A stretch of DNA of 64,000 bases from Octopus vulgaris. Lineage: Eukaryota. Positions 1-14,934 of this stretch are shown piece after piece (the first letter of the stretch is position 1; each line of letters opens with the position of its first letter). Below the pieces are notes generated by a model. That model was not told the origin of the DNA, made no database searches, and worked only from the letters and a program-made list of their open reading frames with translations. Position numbers and translations under genes: made by a program. The stretch lies in the NCBI GenBank assembly GCA_951406725.2, contig OX597814.1, forward strand, positions 210,862,001 to 210,926,000. The letters run 5' to 3'.

Positions 1-7
1 GCTGCTG

Positions 8-65
<58 letters not shown>

Positions 66-75
66 AACAACCACA

Positions 76-146
<71 letters not shown>

Positions 147-167
147 CATTATTATTGTTATTATTAT
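1..167. repeat. (CTA)n/(TTA)n trinucleotide microsatellite
   Basis: Direct reading of a long ACT run followed by ATT units. Confidence 0.95.
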
Positions 168-365
168 GAAAGACTCTCGGTTAGTTCTTAATTACTGGTT
201 GTTCTTTACTTGAAAGCAGACAATAAGAAGTCACTAAACGTAGTGCCTTCTCTTGTGACTCGAAAAGACTATACTCTTCTTAGAATACGAGCTGTACCTA
301 AAAATGCTGTCTTCTCGATCAGTTCGTGCCTGACAGCAGCTCCAATATTCTTAACATGTTTTTCA
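168..365 (-). mobile_element. 3' end fragment of an R4/Dong-type (RLE) non-LTR retrotransposon
   Basis: Minus strand reads NIGAAVRHELIEKTAFLGTARILRRV*, the QK.ALLGTA.ILR C-terminus, then a short 3'UTR into the trinucleotide tract; paralogous copy at 36975-37165. Confidence 0.75.
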
Positions 366-1349
366 AAGCTATACTATTACACACACACATATATTATAGA
401 TATATGAATTATTTACATATATGCACGCTTGTGTCCAAGATTTTAGTGGAAACGATGCCATTCCGCAAAGGGAACTGAGTGAGCTATCGAACGTAGAATG
501 CTATTTTGCATCCGTGTGAAGCAGATAGAAAATAAACATTAGAATTGTCTAAGTTAAGAAGAATACAACAAATGTTCCCCATATCTAGTCAGCAACTTCC
601 TTGTCTTTCTGTCTAAGCTATTCCTCTCAGTCTAATTGGTAAACATTTTACAAAGCAAGTTTACTTAGTAAGTGCTTTTTTTTCGACGCTTCATATGTTT
701 AGTAATATTAATGTCCGTCGATACGTTTCATTAGACACAACCTCCATGTTATCTTTTTATACAAAAGAACCAGTTACTAGAGAAATATCTTCATCCATCA
801 ATTTCAACAAAACCATTTACATATGAAAGCATTTTTCGTAATTCCATATATGATTACAATTATCACTGCGAAAAAATACAACAAAAACGAAATTATGTTT
901 TCAGAATATTGTGTTGAACTGTAATCATGAGATCGTGTAATTTCTCGAAGATACAGTGGCGTGCGTTTTATATTAACTTAATACTAGCTATAATAGATTC
1001 ATGTCGTACAGTAATGCAAAGAATATTTATTTTGCATAGTCATCTCGTGCAGTTGATAAAGAAGACTTTTATGTAAATATGTCAATTTACAAACACACAC
1101 ACACACATACACACACACACAAGGACACATACACACACATGATTATATGTCGGTAGCCATCGCTTCTGATTTGGGTTGGCAGCGAGTTGTCACGCCTGTC
1201 TATGACATTTAGATGTCTTAACATCCAGCTTGTTTTGGGAGTCGGTCGCAAGCGAGAGCGGTGAACAAACAAGGCACATACAATGAGGATGTGAGATCGA
1301 CAACATCAGTATATATATATATATATATATATACGTGCGTGTGTGTGTC

Positions 1350-1380
<31 letters not shown>

Positions 1381-1434
1381 TTTCAGAATGAGAAAAAAAA
1401 AACCAAGGCTGTGCAAATTTTAGAACATTTATAA

Positions 1435-1760
1435 ATATGTCTTACAGCTGTTTCCAGGATATTTATTATATACCTTCATGGGAGATGGTGTGAGAGAATG
1501 GTAACGCAATAGTAAATTTAGATAACATATGAAATAGAGTGTGAAGTAGAGGAATGAAAATAGATGTGAGATATGCATGTATATTGCATTTGTAGATCCA
1601 TTATTTAGGCAGAATGGTATACATAGAAGATTCCAATACCTTCTGATTAAAATCCAATAGTATTTGAAATTGTTCATTCTAAGTATAGTGTTTGTACAGT
1701 GCAATTTAATGAAGGGTTTTATTTAAAATGACCGGAAAGTAAGAAATGCATTTGTAAGGC
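1435..1760 (-). mobile_element. Decayed Penelope-like element 3' fragment with hammerhead remnant
   Basis: Minus strand YYWIL...PFCLN resembles the GIY-YIG PLE C-terminal YWI..L.T..P.GLN; followed by tct-cccatga-agg..cctg-GAAAC-agct-GTA-agac at 1438-1487. Confidence 0.45.
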
Positions 1761-2202
1761 CAAATCGAAAATAGGACGAGAGGAATAAAAAAAAGAGTAG
1801 AAAGAAGAAAACAACCGGAGGAGAGGAATGAAGAAGGAGAAAAAAGGAAAAAACGAAAAAACAAGCAGGGAAATATTGAGAGAAAATGTACCAGTCAGTG
1901 GTCAGTCAAGATAATTTCAAAGTAGGAATGGGGAGATAAGGATGATGGGGAGAGAAATGTATTATAGTGTAAAAAGATAGGAGGATCGGGGGATGATAGA
2001 GAGAAAGTATAAAAAGTAAAGTAATGTCAGTTAATTAGTGATAGAGTCTAAGTGATGGGGCAAAGTGAGGGGTAATAGTATGGAATGAAGAACTTAGGAA
2101 TATAGATTAGGTGGTTGGACAGGTCAGAGCTTAGTAAATACATACGTGAAAATACATACGTGAAGATGTATACATATGTATATATTAGACGTATATATAT
2201 AC

Positions 2203-2362
2203 AGCAATAATAAATCTCTGAACGAGATGTAAACAGTAACCGCTCGACAAGGTAAGCTTCAGTAACACCCACCCTTTGTGGTTAGCCATAGTGAGATGGC
2301 TGTTATACCTTACATTGTCGAGCGGTTACTGTTTACATCTCGTTCAGAGATTTATTATTGCT
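2203..2362. repeat. Inverted repeat with 54-bp arms (2203-2256 / 2309-2362)
   Basis: agcaataataaatctctgaacgagatgtaaacagtaaccgctcgacaa(g/t)gtaag and its reverse complement, one mismatch. Confidence 0.95.
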
Positions 2363-2459
2363 TGCAGGCAGTTTTTCGAAATCAGTGACGGAAGTTACTA
2401 GAAAAACACTTAAGTATTTGCATACAAAGTCTTCCTTTTCATCGTAAACCGGTGATTAC

Positions 2460-2504
2460 CGCCCGTTGACAAGAGGCAACTAACTCGAAACTGCGGTCCG
2501 TGCG
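2460..2504 (+). ncRNA. Degenerate type I hammerhead ribozyme
   Basis: cgcccg-TTGACAA-gag(gcaactaa)ctc-GAAAC-tgcg-GTC-cgtgcg; stems I-III present, two substitutions in the CUGANGA core. Confidence 0.6.
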
Positions 2505-3266
2505 TATCACTTAGGCTTACATAAACAACTGGTACTCATATGTGTATGTACACATGCACACCCATATATACGTGTATTTGTATGTATTATCACGCCTGTA
2601 CACGCAGGTATATATATTTTGCATACATACATACGTTCATATATACACACATACATACATGCACGCATACGTACATACATATACATGCACTTATGCATGC
2701 ACGCATATACACCGAATATAATTAGATGGTTGTGATATTCGAGTATGAGTGAGGAATTAGATAGGGGTTAAGAGTTAATAAGGTTATTGGGATTACCTAA
2801 GGGGTATTGTGGATATACTATGTATAGTTGTTTAGGCATTTGGATTTGTGACACTTCACACTTCAGCAAAATCATTGCTTATACGACTTTTTGATATGTA
2901 GTAGTCAGTAAGTAAAGACGAAAAATGTATGCTCACGTTTACTGCAAAATATTTGTTGCATGACTGTATTACATAACAATATTATTGCTTGCATTGTGGT
3001 TTCTGCAAAAAGTGATATAACTGCTGTGAGAAATAGCACGATCTCATGATTGTAGTTGAACGTAGCATTGTTTTACATTATTTGTGTGTGTTGGAGATAT
3101 CTACTGTAGTCACGTGTGTATTTACTGAGGATGCTCGGAAGTATTTCGACAAACGTAAAAAAATGCCGATAGTCATACTCTGATTACCCAAAAAATATAC
3201 AACGCACATACGATCGAAGAAGAAGACATACAATCTTAGATATCGAATTGCATACCTATAAATGAA

Positions 3267-3267
3267 T

Positions 3268-3326
<59 letters not shown>

Positions 3327-3427
3327 GTAAGTATGTATACACACACATATATTTGTATACACATATTAATAATAGGAATATATATATATATAATATAATC
3401 ATATCCATATATATATATATATGTATG

Positions 3428-3475
<48 letters not shown>

Positions 3476-3612
3476 TGTATGTATATATATATATATATAT
3501 ATATATACATACATGCATATATATTTACATACTTCCGTGGATGTAGGTGTTTTGTGGACCTGTGTGTAGGTATGTATACACGGAAATAATACTAGTAATA
3601 AAAATAATAATA

Positions 3613-3673
<61 letters not shown>

Positions 3674-3694
3674 GGAGAAGAAGAAGAAGAAGAA

Positions 3695-3741
<47 letters not shown>

Positions 3742-3815
3742 AGAAGAAGAAGAAAAAGAAGAAGAAGAAGAAGAAGAGGAAAAAGAAGATGAAGAATACG
3801 AAGAAGAAGAAGAAG
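3267..3815. repeat. Compound microsatellite (TA)n, (AAT)n, (GAA)n
   Basis: Direct reading; explains the poly-F/L/I/R ORFs. Confidence 0.95.
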
Positions 3816-4092
3816 TGAGGATAATATTTAAAACGCTTACACATCTCTTCCTCTCTACCAAAATATATTTTAAGTGTAGACAGCCCCCCCCCCAAAAAAG
3901 AAACACAATATGCTGAAAAATGCACTTTCCATATAGACATTAATTTTTTTCATGTGTACTAAGGTAAGTCGACATGCTTAAAGTAAAATTTGCCTTTTAT
4001 ATGCTTCTATTTTTCACAAAAGCCTTCCTTTAAAATCTTTAAAAGTTACGAATGACAATTATATACATTTTAATATATACATATATAAATAT

Positions 4093-4161
<69 letters not shown>

Positions 4162-4184
4162 CATGTATGTATGTGTGTGTATGC

Positions 4185-4229
<45 letters not shown>

Positions 4230-4519
4230 TACACATATGAATATATGTTATCAAACACACACACATATTCTTTCTCGTAAGTACGTAGTAGAGTGTAGTT
4301 TTAATTTTATACATCTTCAGATTTTACCCTGTGGTATCCATTACTAGTAATATACGTATTTCCAGATTTGTGTACTGGTTTCTGTAGTGTATGAATACAT
4401 AATTGAAAATGTTGGAATCAACAACAATTATGGTTGTATATATACATATATATTAATATATATATATATATGAATGTGTATGGGTGTGTCATTTGTGTAT
4501 GTCTTTTCAGAAATAAGAA

Positions 4520-4760
4520 GGAAATTAAGAAACAAAATGAAATGTTACAATACTGGCCAAAATGAGAAAAGGCCAGTTGGAAATATCGTCATATGTTCTG
4601 GTTAGATGAGTAAAATTAAAACCTGAGATTGAACAATAATTTTATCGCGGCAGAAAACCAGAGCGTTCGAACTAAAACATATGAAAATCAACTAGGTTAG
4701 CAAAATATACTAATTACAGGATATATTTTGGAAAGAGACATTTGACGCATTGTATCATGG
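4520..4760 (+). mobile_element. Highly decayed R4/Dong-type LINE fragment
   Basis: WL..SKIK/PEIE..IAAENQSVRTK resembles the WL..G.LK.ETE..I.AAQDQAL.T motif preceding the zinc knuckle. Confidence 0.4.
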
Positions 4761-5686
4761 TCCCTGCTCTTTCGAATAATGGTCTTTTATACAGACTTTA
4801 CATAGGTGGATATTCAATATGTTGAGTCATGTCAGAAGTATTAAAATATATGAATTAGAACCAAATATGAAACACTAAGCTCGTTTCGAAATCATGACGT
4901 TTCATAGTCCGTGCTCAGTCGTAGCCTCTATAAAAAGTGCTATAAGAAAACAAATCTACTCGACTCCAAAGACCGTGAGTGAAATGGGAGATGTGTTTGG
5001 AGAATCGATGTATATATTGTGTTTGTAATTAAGAATGATAACCGTCATGCACTTTCATAGATTCTATCCTAGACACAAACGTAAAAAGTACAAGCGTCTA
5101 TAGAAAACTCAACTTCATACAAACTGAGATAATCAAAATCTACACAGATACATTTGCATGACAGTATTATGAAATATCTACGGGAAAGGCATGATATATC
5201 AGGCATCAGAAACGAATTGTGAGTATGATAAAATGAGCATATTTTAGAAATTCCGAGTATGCTAATATATAAAATAAGATTAAGGAGGGAAACAAACGGA
5301 AGTAGTTCGTAATTCTAAACAGAAATCTCACGTTACCCCAAATATATATAAAAAAAACTGAGAAATAGTCGTAATATAGCTGAACATAAAAACATCCTGA
5401 ATATAAGAACTGATACAAGAAGAAAAAAAATCCAACAATATTAGGTTGAATTATTACACACTAAAAAGTAGACAAGCAAATACATAATCATAAACTTGAC
5501 GTTGAAATATGCACAGAATAGGGAAGATGGTGTCCCAGTGGAATGTGTACAAAATACATTCTTTCTGAACAATAACAATTACAAACTCAAAACATGACGT
5601 TGCCCATACCAAACATGGCGCCTTTCCCCTAAGTATAGTAGGTAAAACGCATAAAATATATTTCGTTACAGAAATAATAAATCTAG

Positions 5687-5866
<180 letters not shown>

Positions 5867-6779
5867 GCGATGGCGAAGAATTTCGTAACAGTAATAATAA
5901 TAATCATGAGCAGCTAAATCCATGTATGCAAACATTGTTAACTTTATTCAGCATCGTCATCGCCGTAAGCTGAAACCTTTATAAAAGAATTAAGTTGGTA
6001 ATTGTTGAAGAAAGTGTGGAAGTTGTATTTAATGATAGGAGACAGGAGTGCTGAAGAAAATAAAAGGAAAAATACGGCAAAATTCGGTCTGTCTCTACTT
6101 GAAGAACTGAAACATGCAACTGTTCGAGAAATTATAAGTTTTGTTTGGTATTAATTCATGTTGTGGGTCCATTTTCCTTAATTAAACGATTACTGTCTCA
6201 ATTTAATTTAGAATTCCGAAAAACAAGGCGTCGCTATATTCTCATGCTAATTACTACTGTCTTCTATACAGTTCATCTGACATCTAACACGGCTATCATA
6301 TAATTATAGCCATCTCAACTGTGATGGTAGAGTAATCACAGATTTGAACATTATAATTATGATAACCAGAATATTGCTTTCTTCTAAATTCAAGGCACGT
6401 TATTATGAGTTTTTACTTGTCAATGTCGTATTATTGTTCAACTAAATTAATAAAATATAGTTAATAGACGATGCATCCATAGCTATAGCCTTTCCAAGTT
6501 GTAGCTAATTAAAACTCAAGGAAGCAACGCTGAGACATGCGTCGAGTGTTTGGAAGTGATACGAAGATCAATTATCATTATTTTTTTATTCCCATATATG
6601 TTATGGAAAGAGATATATGATACAGAAAGAAGTAAAGCAATCTAGATGCTTCTGTTTGAAAGCTATTGAAACGTTGTTGAATGTATACATATAGACATGC
6701 ATATATATAGATATATTCAATCATATATACACATATATACACATCAACACACATACACACTCATATATACATTATGCTA

Positions 6780-7800
6780 GACTTGAACAATTTGGTAAGG
6801 GGACAATATCCCACAATGCAATTACAATAACTATGTTGATGCCAACATTCGGGATACTTGATTGATCTTTAGAAAAATCCATACCATAGACATTAAATCC
6901 CCAATACTGGAAATCTGTGATATAGACAGGTTCTACTTAAGAAGAGATAAAGGATATACAGATTTCACATCAGTGTTGACAGCCTTCGAATGTCTTAAAA
7001 TCTCACTAAGACAGCACTTGCTAAACGAAATCAGCAGAAATAATTGGTTGACTTCGAAGTGAAAAGTGAAAAGAGCACTCGCTTCCTGATGATTCCAAAA
7101 TAGCAGGACTAACATATATCAAAAGACCTTGAATGTCAAAAAGTAGACTTGTATGAGAAACGTTCAGTATAACTAAAAACGCCATGCATCTCAAAGTCTT
7201 AAAGACAATAATATTGATATGAACGAAGCCTCTTTTGGACTAGCTATCGCTACTTCACATCTCACTTCGAAGACTACGCATTTCCAAACTAAAAACTGGA
7301 GATTTCTATTAAAAAAACAAAGAGTTGTGAAACTCTTGGAGTTTTAAAATGCAACTGAAAATGTAGGTTATGAAAGACATCCCACGTTTGATTAGCAACA
7401 GCGCAAAATGTCATCAAGCTACTACCTTCCTAATCGACACGACGCAAGATCAATATACAATGACATCCGGAATAAAAAGACTGTCCTGGAATAAATATAC
7501 AGAAATACTCTGTTATTGGCTACTTAGATATACATCGTTACAAGGTATACAGGTGGAACATGCCCATCAAAACATCTGTCAAGGGTAAACGTAGCGGGGC
7601 AGATACTGTATGGAAAAGAATGTACCATCATAAAGATGAGCAGTTCTGCTGATGTGAAGATCTCTTTAATAATCAAACAGAAAGAGGATAACTACGATAA
7701 CTGCTTGGAGATCCCTAGGTTCTATATCCAGATAGCAAATTTAAATTTAAACCCATAATGATTTGTGGACTTGATTTTGAGACTGCTGAACAGACAGTGC
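6780..7800 (+). mobile_element. Decayed R4/Dong-type LINE fragment
   Basis: CDIDRFYLRRDKG resembles D.DRLY..R..GGRGL; WNMPIKT resembles WD.PI.TD of the RLE region; many stops and frameshifts. Confidence 0.55.
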
Positions 7801-10800
7801 AGGTAAGATTGAATTTTCAGAAAACGAAATCAAACAGCTCACTTACTCATTACAATCTCTACGTGAAACAGTTAAAATATACACGTATGTATGAATGTAT
7901 GAATTATATATGCATGTATGTAAGTACGTACGTACATACATGCATGAATACATACATACATACGTGTGTGAGTGTGTATCCTACATTTGATTCACAGAAC
8001 AACGAGCAATTTCTGGCGAAATAAATACATATCCTGGGAATTAATATTGTAAGAAGTCTCAACAGTTAGATAAATTTTACGTAATTTTAACATATAAACA
8101 TTCGCTGCATAGACGTAATTATTTGTGATGGAATATTACTAAGTTCTGTATTTTTAAATCGTCTTGAATTTTCCCACACAAAATGCATTGCAAATGCATT
8201 TTTTCCATTTCTTTTCTGTTATTTTCACACCATTCACAGTTTTAAATGTCAAGCTCATGCAAGATAGGAGAAAATATATCACTTTCAAAATTGGCAAGGC
8301 AATTTTAGGGCAGCGGCATATTTCTTGTTATGTTATGTGTTTTAATATGAATAAAAAACGATTACATACCTTTTGTGAAATTTTACACAGATTCATATTT
8401 GTTAATAGTTGGAAAGTTTCTTACCTGTATAAAAATAAATGTAAAAATCATTTAGAATCAGCCATATGCATTTATATGTATGTATAAGTATACAAGGACT
8501 CGCGCGCACATACACACACACACGTATATTCGATCACAGTCACACTATATTATATATTATTGCTGTTGCTCCTGTTGTTATGTGCTGGATGTTCGCCCAT
8601 GTTTGATGGCTGCTTTTGGTAGGAAGAGGTTATTTCTTTTAAGGTTTTAATACTTTAGAGATTTCATTAAATTACGGCCTCTGCTTCACTGCGTACAGAG
8701 ATGACGCTATTTGTGGGGCCTTGAGTATCCCTCACTAAAAGCAAAAATATCAACTTATCGCAAATTATGCTCAAGATCATGACAATAACAAAAACCCCAA
8801 CCGCTGAAATCTTTGAATTTCTTGAAAGAGAAATGATCCACTTGAAGTGCTAATTATTCTCAGCTCAACTCAGGCATCAAAAGATTATCTATGCAGTAGC
8901 TGTAGAGGACAAACTGGAAACCTTTAGAAGAATGGCATCAACAATGACGAAATACAATCAGAGCAAAACGAAGAATAACAACAATTACAACATATGTAAC
9001 AAAAAAGCTGGAGACACAACAACAATGATGATATTTGAAGGAACAAGGATGTGTCAAACAAAGAATGTCACAGGGAAGGCGTCATTGGTACAGACACCAT
9101 CACTAAAAATCCACCGCAAGCATAAAGGATATCAAGAATAAAGGTAGTTGAAATATTGCTTTGCAATATGCTAGAATGTATATTTGATATTAAAAATAAT
9201 GACGAATATGTGAAGAATATTAAATGGAAAGAAGATAATGAAACACAAACAGTCATAGAAGATATCCTAACATGCAATATTTGCCAAGGAGAAATTCGGA
9301 TGAAAGGTTACATTTTCTACCGCATGGGCATAAACCGTAGTTCGGTCATAGACCCGGGCCGTTATATCATTACGCATGCCGTATCAGAAGACCATAAAAA
9401 CTGGGTATTTTACCCTTATAAGATAGGAATTAAAAGTTAAGCTAAACGACCCGCTAACAATAAACACTGTCACATTTAATGCTAAACAAATAATAGGTTT
9501 GGGAATACGACAACATTTTATGAAAAGACTTTGAAAGCATCGAATGTGTTTTTGTATTTTTACCGAATAGAAAGTACATTTCGACCGCAAAACAGTAGAA
9601 CTGTAGCTGTTAAAACAGTAGAACGGTCGCCGTTTGCTGGCAACTTTTTCCCGTGTTATAAGGCTAAAATATCGAATCTTGCTGCTGGCTAACCTCTATA
9701 CTGCGTTTGAAATTTTTTTCATGTCTGTAAAATAGCAAATACATTTGCTGCTTCGAAAGTTTGTTTTTAATATACATATGTCTCTCATTTACTTTCTTTC
9801 TGTTCTGAAAAATCCCTGCACTCAGAATAGGTTAATTCTGCAATATATAGGTTTATCGGAACCACGAAAAAGAAGTGTATCTTTGTTTCGGACAAAATTT
9901 AGATGACCATCATTTACTGTAGAAGAGGCTAAGTTCATGAAATCGATGAAGTAATTCCTGTTCCCTTGTCATTCACAATATAATATAACGCTCTGTACTT
10001 TACTAATGTATCTTATAGCATATGTGAATTGAGTCCTAAAAACTATTTTTTAGAATAGCTATGCCTATGCAAAATCGTAATACACACACACTCATATACA
10101 AACACGCAGATAGAAACAAATAAATGCACACTGATATACATATTAATATTCACACACATATTATTATTCAGAGGGAGTGAGAGAGGAAGGATAGTAGAGA
10201 TGCACATGAATGTACAAGTATCTGAATACACGTGCTGGCTTGCTTACGAGCTTATTTACATGCATGTATGCATCATTAGTTTAGAAATTTTAGTCGAGTA
10301 AATAATTATATTTATTTATGTAAAAGGTAAGAAAGAAGAAAATAAAAGAATTTCTCCATTGCAGGTGCACCTAAAATTTTGTTTCATCTTTGCTTAGCAG
10401 TTTTAGATATATAACTTAGACTAACAATGCAGTAATTGCGACACTGTTAAGTGCAACAGCAATATTTGCAAGAAGTATAATAATGAGGAAAGGAAGGTTA
10501 TAGAGGGAAAATAAGACAACTGTACCGTTGATATCATCATTATAATGCAGAACGTTAACTGAAATAACCTATCAGAGCAAAACATATTAAAGGATTCTCC
10601 AGGAATACCAAAAAGTGTAATAAAGTATTACATATCAATGCAAATTTTGAATTATATGAATATTGAAAATGGAAGAGAATAATCTATCTATCTAACTGTC
10701 TATCTATCCATATATCTATATATTTGAATATTAATATAACTATGTGTGTATGTATATGTGTGTACATCTACTGATGTATGAATGTATCCCCGCACATGCA

Positions 10801-10899
10801 CAGCTACACACACGCACACACGCACACGCAATATATGTGTGTGTGTGTGTGTGTATGCGTGTTTGTATGTATTATGCATGTGTTGATGTACACATACAT

Positions 10900-10943
<44 letters not shown>

Positions 10944-11201
10944 ACAGAGTCACACTCGCAGAATGATGAAGGGCTTGTGAAACAGTTTGCATAGTTTCTG
11001 AAATTAATTCTTATTTTTGTGGAAGGAGAATCAGATTTTAGTGCAAGTCGGAAAAAGTCATGAGTTCAGAAAAAAGAAATGACAGAAAGGCTGGTAGCTA
11101 CGAGACGAGAGTAAAAAGAGTGGTGAACAAAAGGCATGTATGAGAGAGGTGTAATCTTAATTAATATAATAAATTCGAAAGGTGACCAGTTAGATGAATC
11201 A

Positions 11202-11283
11202 TTAACGCGAAAGCCAAGTCCTACCTTCTGAGTTCAAATATATAACGCGAAAGCCAAGTGCTACATTCTGACTTCAAATATAT
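11202..11283 (+). repeat. Tandem duplication of a 40-bp unit
   Basis: taacgcgaaagccaagt(c/g)ctac(c/a)ttctga(g/c)ttcaaatata twice. Confidence 0.9.
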
Positions 11284-11297
11284 ATATATATATATCC

Positions 11298-11503
11298 GTA
11301 AATGTAATATGTGAAAATTAGTCGGTAGCCATGATGAAACTCCGAGTTTCGGATGCCGAGGTGGAAATCCACGCCGCCATCTCTTCAGTTATCTGGTCCT
11401 CGGAAAAAGTGAATAATTTCCACATATTACATTTACAGATAAATTCCTCTATTTACATAATATCGAGATCTATTTCATTCTTTTGTTGTTTTAGCATTCT
11501 TAT

Positions 11504-11508
<5 letters not shown>
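11298..11508 (-). mobile_element. Short hammerhead-bearing Penelope-like repeat with inverted terminal duplication
   Basis: Homologous to 54277-54462; gtaaatgtaatatgtgaaaatta (11298-11320) is inverted at 11413-11437; flanked by (TA)n. Confidence 0.7.
11334..11392 (-). ncRNA. Type I hammerhead ribozyme motif
   Basis: Minus strand ataa-CTGAAGA-gatg..gtgga.tccac..catcc-GAAA-ctc-g-gag-TT-tcat; one stem I mismatch. Confidence 0.6.
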
Positions 11509-11590
<82 letters not shown>

Positions 11591-11596
11591 TATATA
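11506..11596. repeat. (TA)n microsatellite
   Basis: Direct reading. Confidence 0.95.
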
Positions 11597-11879
11597 CGAT
11601 GTGTATTTGCATGCGTGCGTGTGAGTAAAGCTTTTGTGAGTCTGTGTTGATAGGTATATAATATGTAGCATCGAATGTAATGAAATATATGCGGAGTGTA
11701 ATTCATCATAGTGTCATAGCATGTGGAATAGAGAAATGATGTTTTATGAATAAATAACATTTAGGATGGGAGACAGTTGCATGTAATATACTGAGAAACT
11801 AGTTATAAAGAGCCGCAGTAGGTAGAATGAACAGATACTGGAAAATTTATATAAACTACGTAACTTGAATTACTAGTGC

Positions 11880-11925
<46 letters not shown>

Positions 11926-13254
11926 TGGAGAGTAAAGAGACAATGTGAGGCACAAACAAAAATACATACATGCATACATACATACATATACATACATACA
12001 TACAGACAGACAGACAGACAGACAGACCGACAGACATACATTACGACCGGCTTGAATTCGCGGAACAAGTGCGTGCATAAAACTCATAGGAAAATCATAT
12101 ATACAAACATACATACATGCAAATATACATTCGTACATATACATAAAGCTGTATATTTATTTGTATGAATGTGTTCGTGTGCCCGCGTGTGTGCGCCTAT
12201 TAATCAGTAACTAAGGGTTGTTTTTTTTTTGATGAATGGATAAAGAATTGAAAGAGATGTGGTATGAGGGAAGATATAAGAGTATGAGACAAATCGTAAT
12301 ACATAAAAACAGGATGATCAAAAATAAGTGGTGTTAAATTATATCAGAGAGACAATGAGAGACAGAGACAGAAATAGAGTAATGAGAGAGAAGGAATGTG
12401 ACAAAGAAGGAATGAGAAAGAGTGAATGAGTGAGAGAGAGAGAGTATGTTGATGATAAAAAAATAGTTATAGTTCGAGAGAGACGAGAGAGATTTCAAAC
12501 AATTAAATACATCCACATTCAGAAATAGAAACTCAGAAGAAGCGATAAAAACAGAAACATATTCATGAGACAGCGATTGAGAGAAGATGAGATAGGCTGC
12601 AAGAATGCAGTGCTGAATGAGGTAGTTTAATTGACTACCTTACTCAGGATGAACTTGCAAAAGAGGAAGAGAGTTGTGGGACGTTGGAATTCTGTAAAGA
12701 TTCAAGTGAAAAATAACGATTTAAATTGGGAAAACTGAAAAGAAAAGAAAATTATGAATTAAGGAGAAAAAATAAAATGAAACAGAAATCAACGGAAGAT
12801 ATTAGAAGATGGAATGTAAGGAAGAAATAATGAAGTAGAGAGGTAGTAGTTGATGAAAGCATGCGGTTAAGATGGTTTGAAGAAAGTGGACTATTGAACA
12901 GGAATTCGTTTGAAGGAATATAGAAAGATGTTCGAATAATGGAGAAAATATATGAAAAATAAAATTAACAACATTACTTGAAGAAACAACAAATAATGAA
13001 TGAAAGATATAAAAAAAAAATCAGCACATTTAACAAAAAAAAAATGCAAGAGATAAAACAAAATAAAACCAATGACATTGGGAGGAAAAGAAAGAACAAT
13101 ATAAGGGTGGCTTTTATTTATGAAAACTAATAAACAATAACATAAAAATAAAACAAACCGGTAAGGGGAGAGCAAACATGAAATACTGAATGGCGTATTT
13201 GAATACAGGTTGGAAGAAAGGGGAAGAGAGATACAAAGAGAAAGATGAATGGTA

Positions 13255-13434
13255 ATGATGAGGATGATGATGATGATGATGTGGTTGATGTTGATGTTGA
13301 TGATGTTGATGATGATGATGATGATGATGATGATGACGACGACAACAATGATAGCATGATGACGATGACGATGACAAGGTTGATGGCATGATGATGATTA
13401 TATAATGATGACGATGATGATGATGATGATGATG

Positions 13435-13489
<55 letters not shown>

Positions 13490-13560
13490 TAATAATAATA
13501 ATAATAATAATAATAATAGCAGCAACATCAACATCTACTCAACAACAACAACAATAAAAC
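13255..13560. repeat. (GAT)n/(AAT)n compound microsatellite
   Basis: Direct reading; source of poly-H/poly-L ORFs. Confidence 0.95.
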
Positions 13561-14934
13561 AATTAATAGAAATGTGTTTTAAAAAGATGAATAATGGATG
13601 GATGGGTGAGGCGGATCAGGGCTAAAACTGATTATTGAAAACGACTAATTAAAGCAAAATGCATATAAAAATATTCTGACCTAATCAAGCAGAACATGTT
13701 ACAACTTTGTGGCTAATGAAATGAAGCCTTGATCTTTATCGATCGAAGCTCCAGGCAAAAAAGACTAGAGCCAGGAGAATGGTTTTCTGTTTTCTTTTTA
13801 ACATTTTTCTTTTCTTACTGTTTACTCTGCCATGTTGTTTGCTTTAGGTATTTTTTCTTGCTGATATCAAATGTATTTTTTTCATTGTATTTTTCTCTTC
13901 GATATCTATTTTTCAACTAACATGTTTTGTTGTGCTTGTATTCCGTTTTCATCATTATTCATCCGTTTACTTTGCAAGTATTATTTTAGCTGGCATGTGG
14001 GAATATTTATCGATAAAAATAATATTCTTCTATATATGTTAGTACAATATTTTAACAATAATAGTATTCCCTTCAACGCAGGCGTTCTTATAAAATATGA
14101 AAATTACAATACGTATAAGAAAAGTAGAAAACAATCGGAGCGATGAACGATGCTATATCAATTAGCTGCCAACATCAAATAATGTTCAGACAAAATTGTT
14201 AGGTGTAATAAATATTGGGTATCCAAAGTTATCTTAGGCACGTCATTGATTTTTAAATTCCTGAATGTTCCCTGAACCTACTTTTATGTTTAACCCTAAA
14301 AGCTGAAGTTAAAAATAAAATAATTAATAATAAGCATAAATCTTGCAGATGAAAATTAGAAATAATCATAAAAGGCTATGAAGAATTTCTATGATCTATG
14401 AATCTGTTAACGTAGGGAAAAATATGGATTTCCGTTTATATTTTTATCTTAATTTGGAATTCGGTGCCGGTCAAACCGACAATTCTCTGAAGAAAAAGAT
14501 TACATAGAGAGGTGAATGTAAAAAAAAAACAAAAAACAAAAAAAAACCATTAGTTTGAGTTTCGCTCGCTCATGTATTCATAAGCATGCAGCCATACACA
14601 TATATACATACGCACAAGTAGATATAGATAAACGCATGCATGTATACATACATACCTACATACATGCATACAGCGTAAGAGATTATATAAATAAACAAAC
14701 ATCACAGGTATACTGAAATGTTTAATTTGTGCGAAATGTTTAATGGCTAGAAATATTTCGAAAACAAATTTTAGTAGGAAAGCTAAATATAATAAAACAA
14801 AGTTAATACAAACAGTTATTTAAACAGTGCCAGGTTATATATAACATTAAATAGTTAATATATGATATATTTTCTGAACATCTTTCTCAATATCAGATAT
14901 TCAATAAATTATACAGGTTACGAAAGCAGCAACA

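Noticed and set aside
3236-3940. 234-aa ORF and similar poly-F/L/I/Y/H/M ORFs across the window
   Set aside because: Translations of microsatellites that lack stop codons; no protein signal
8690-9440. A-rich short ORFs
   Set aside because: No recognisable motif or splice structure; possibly very old retroelement debris but unsupported
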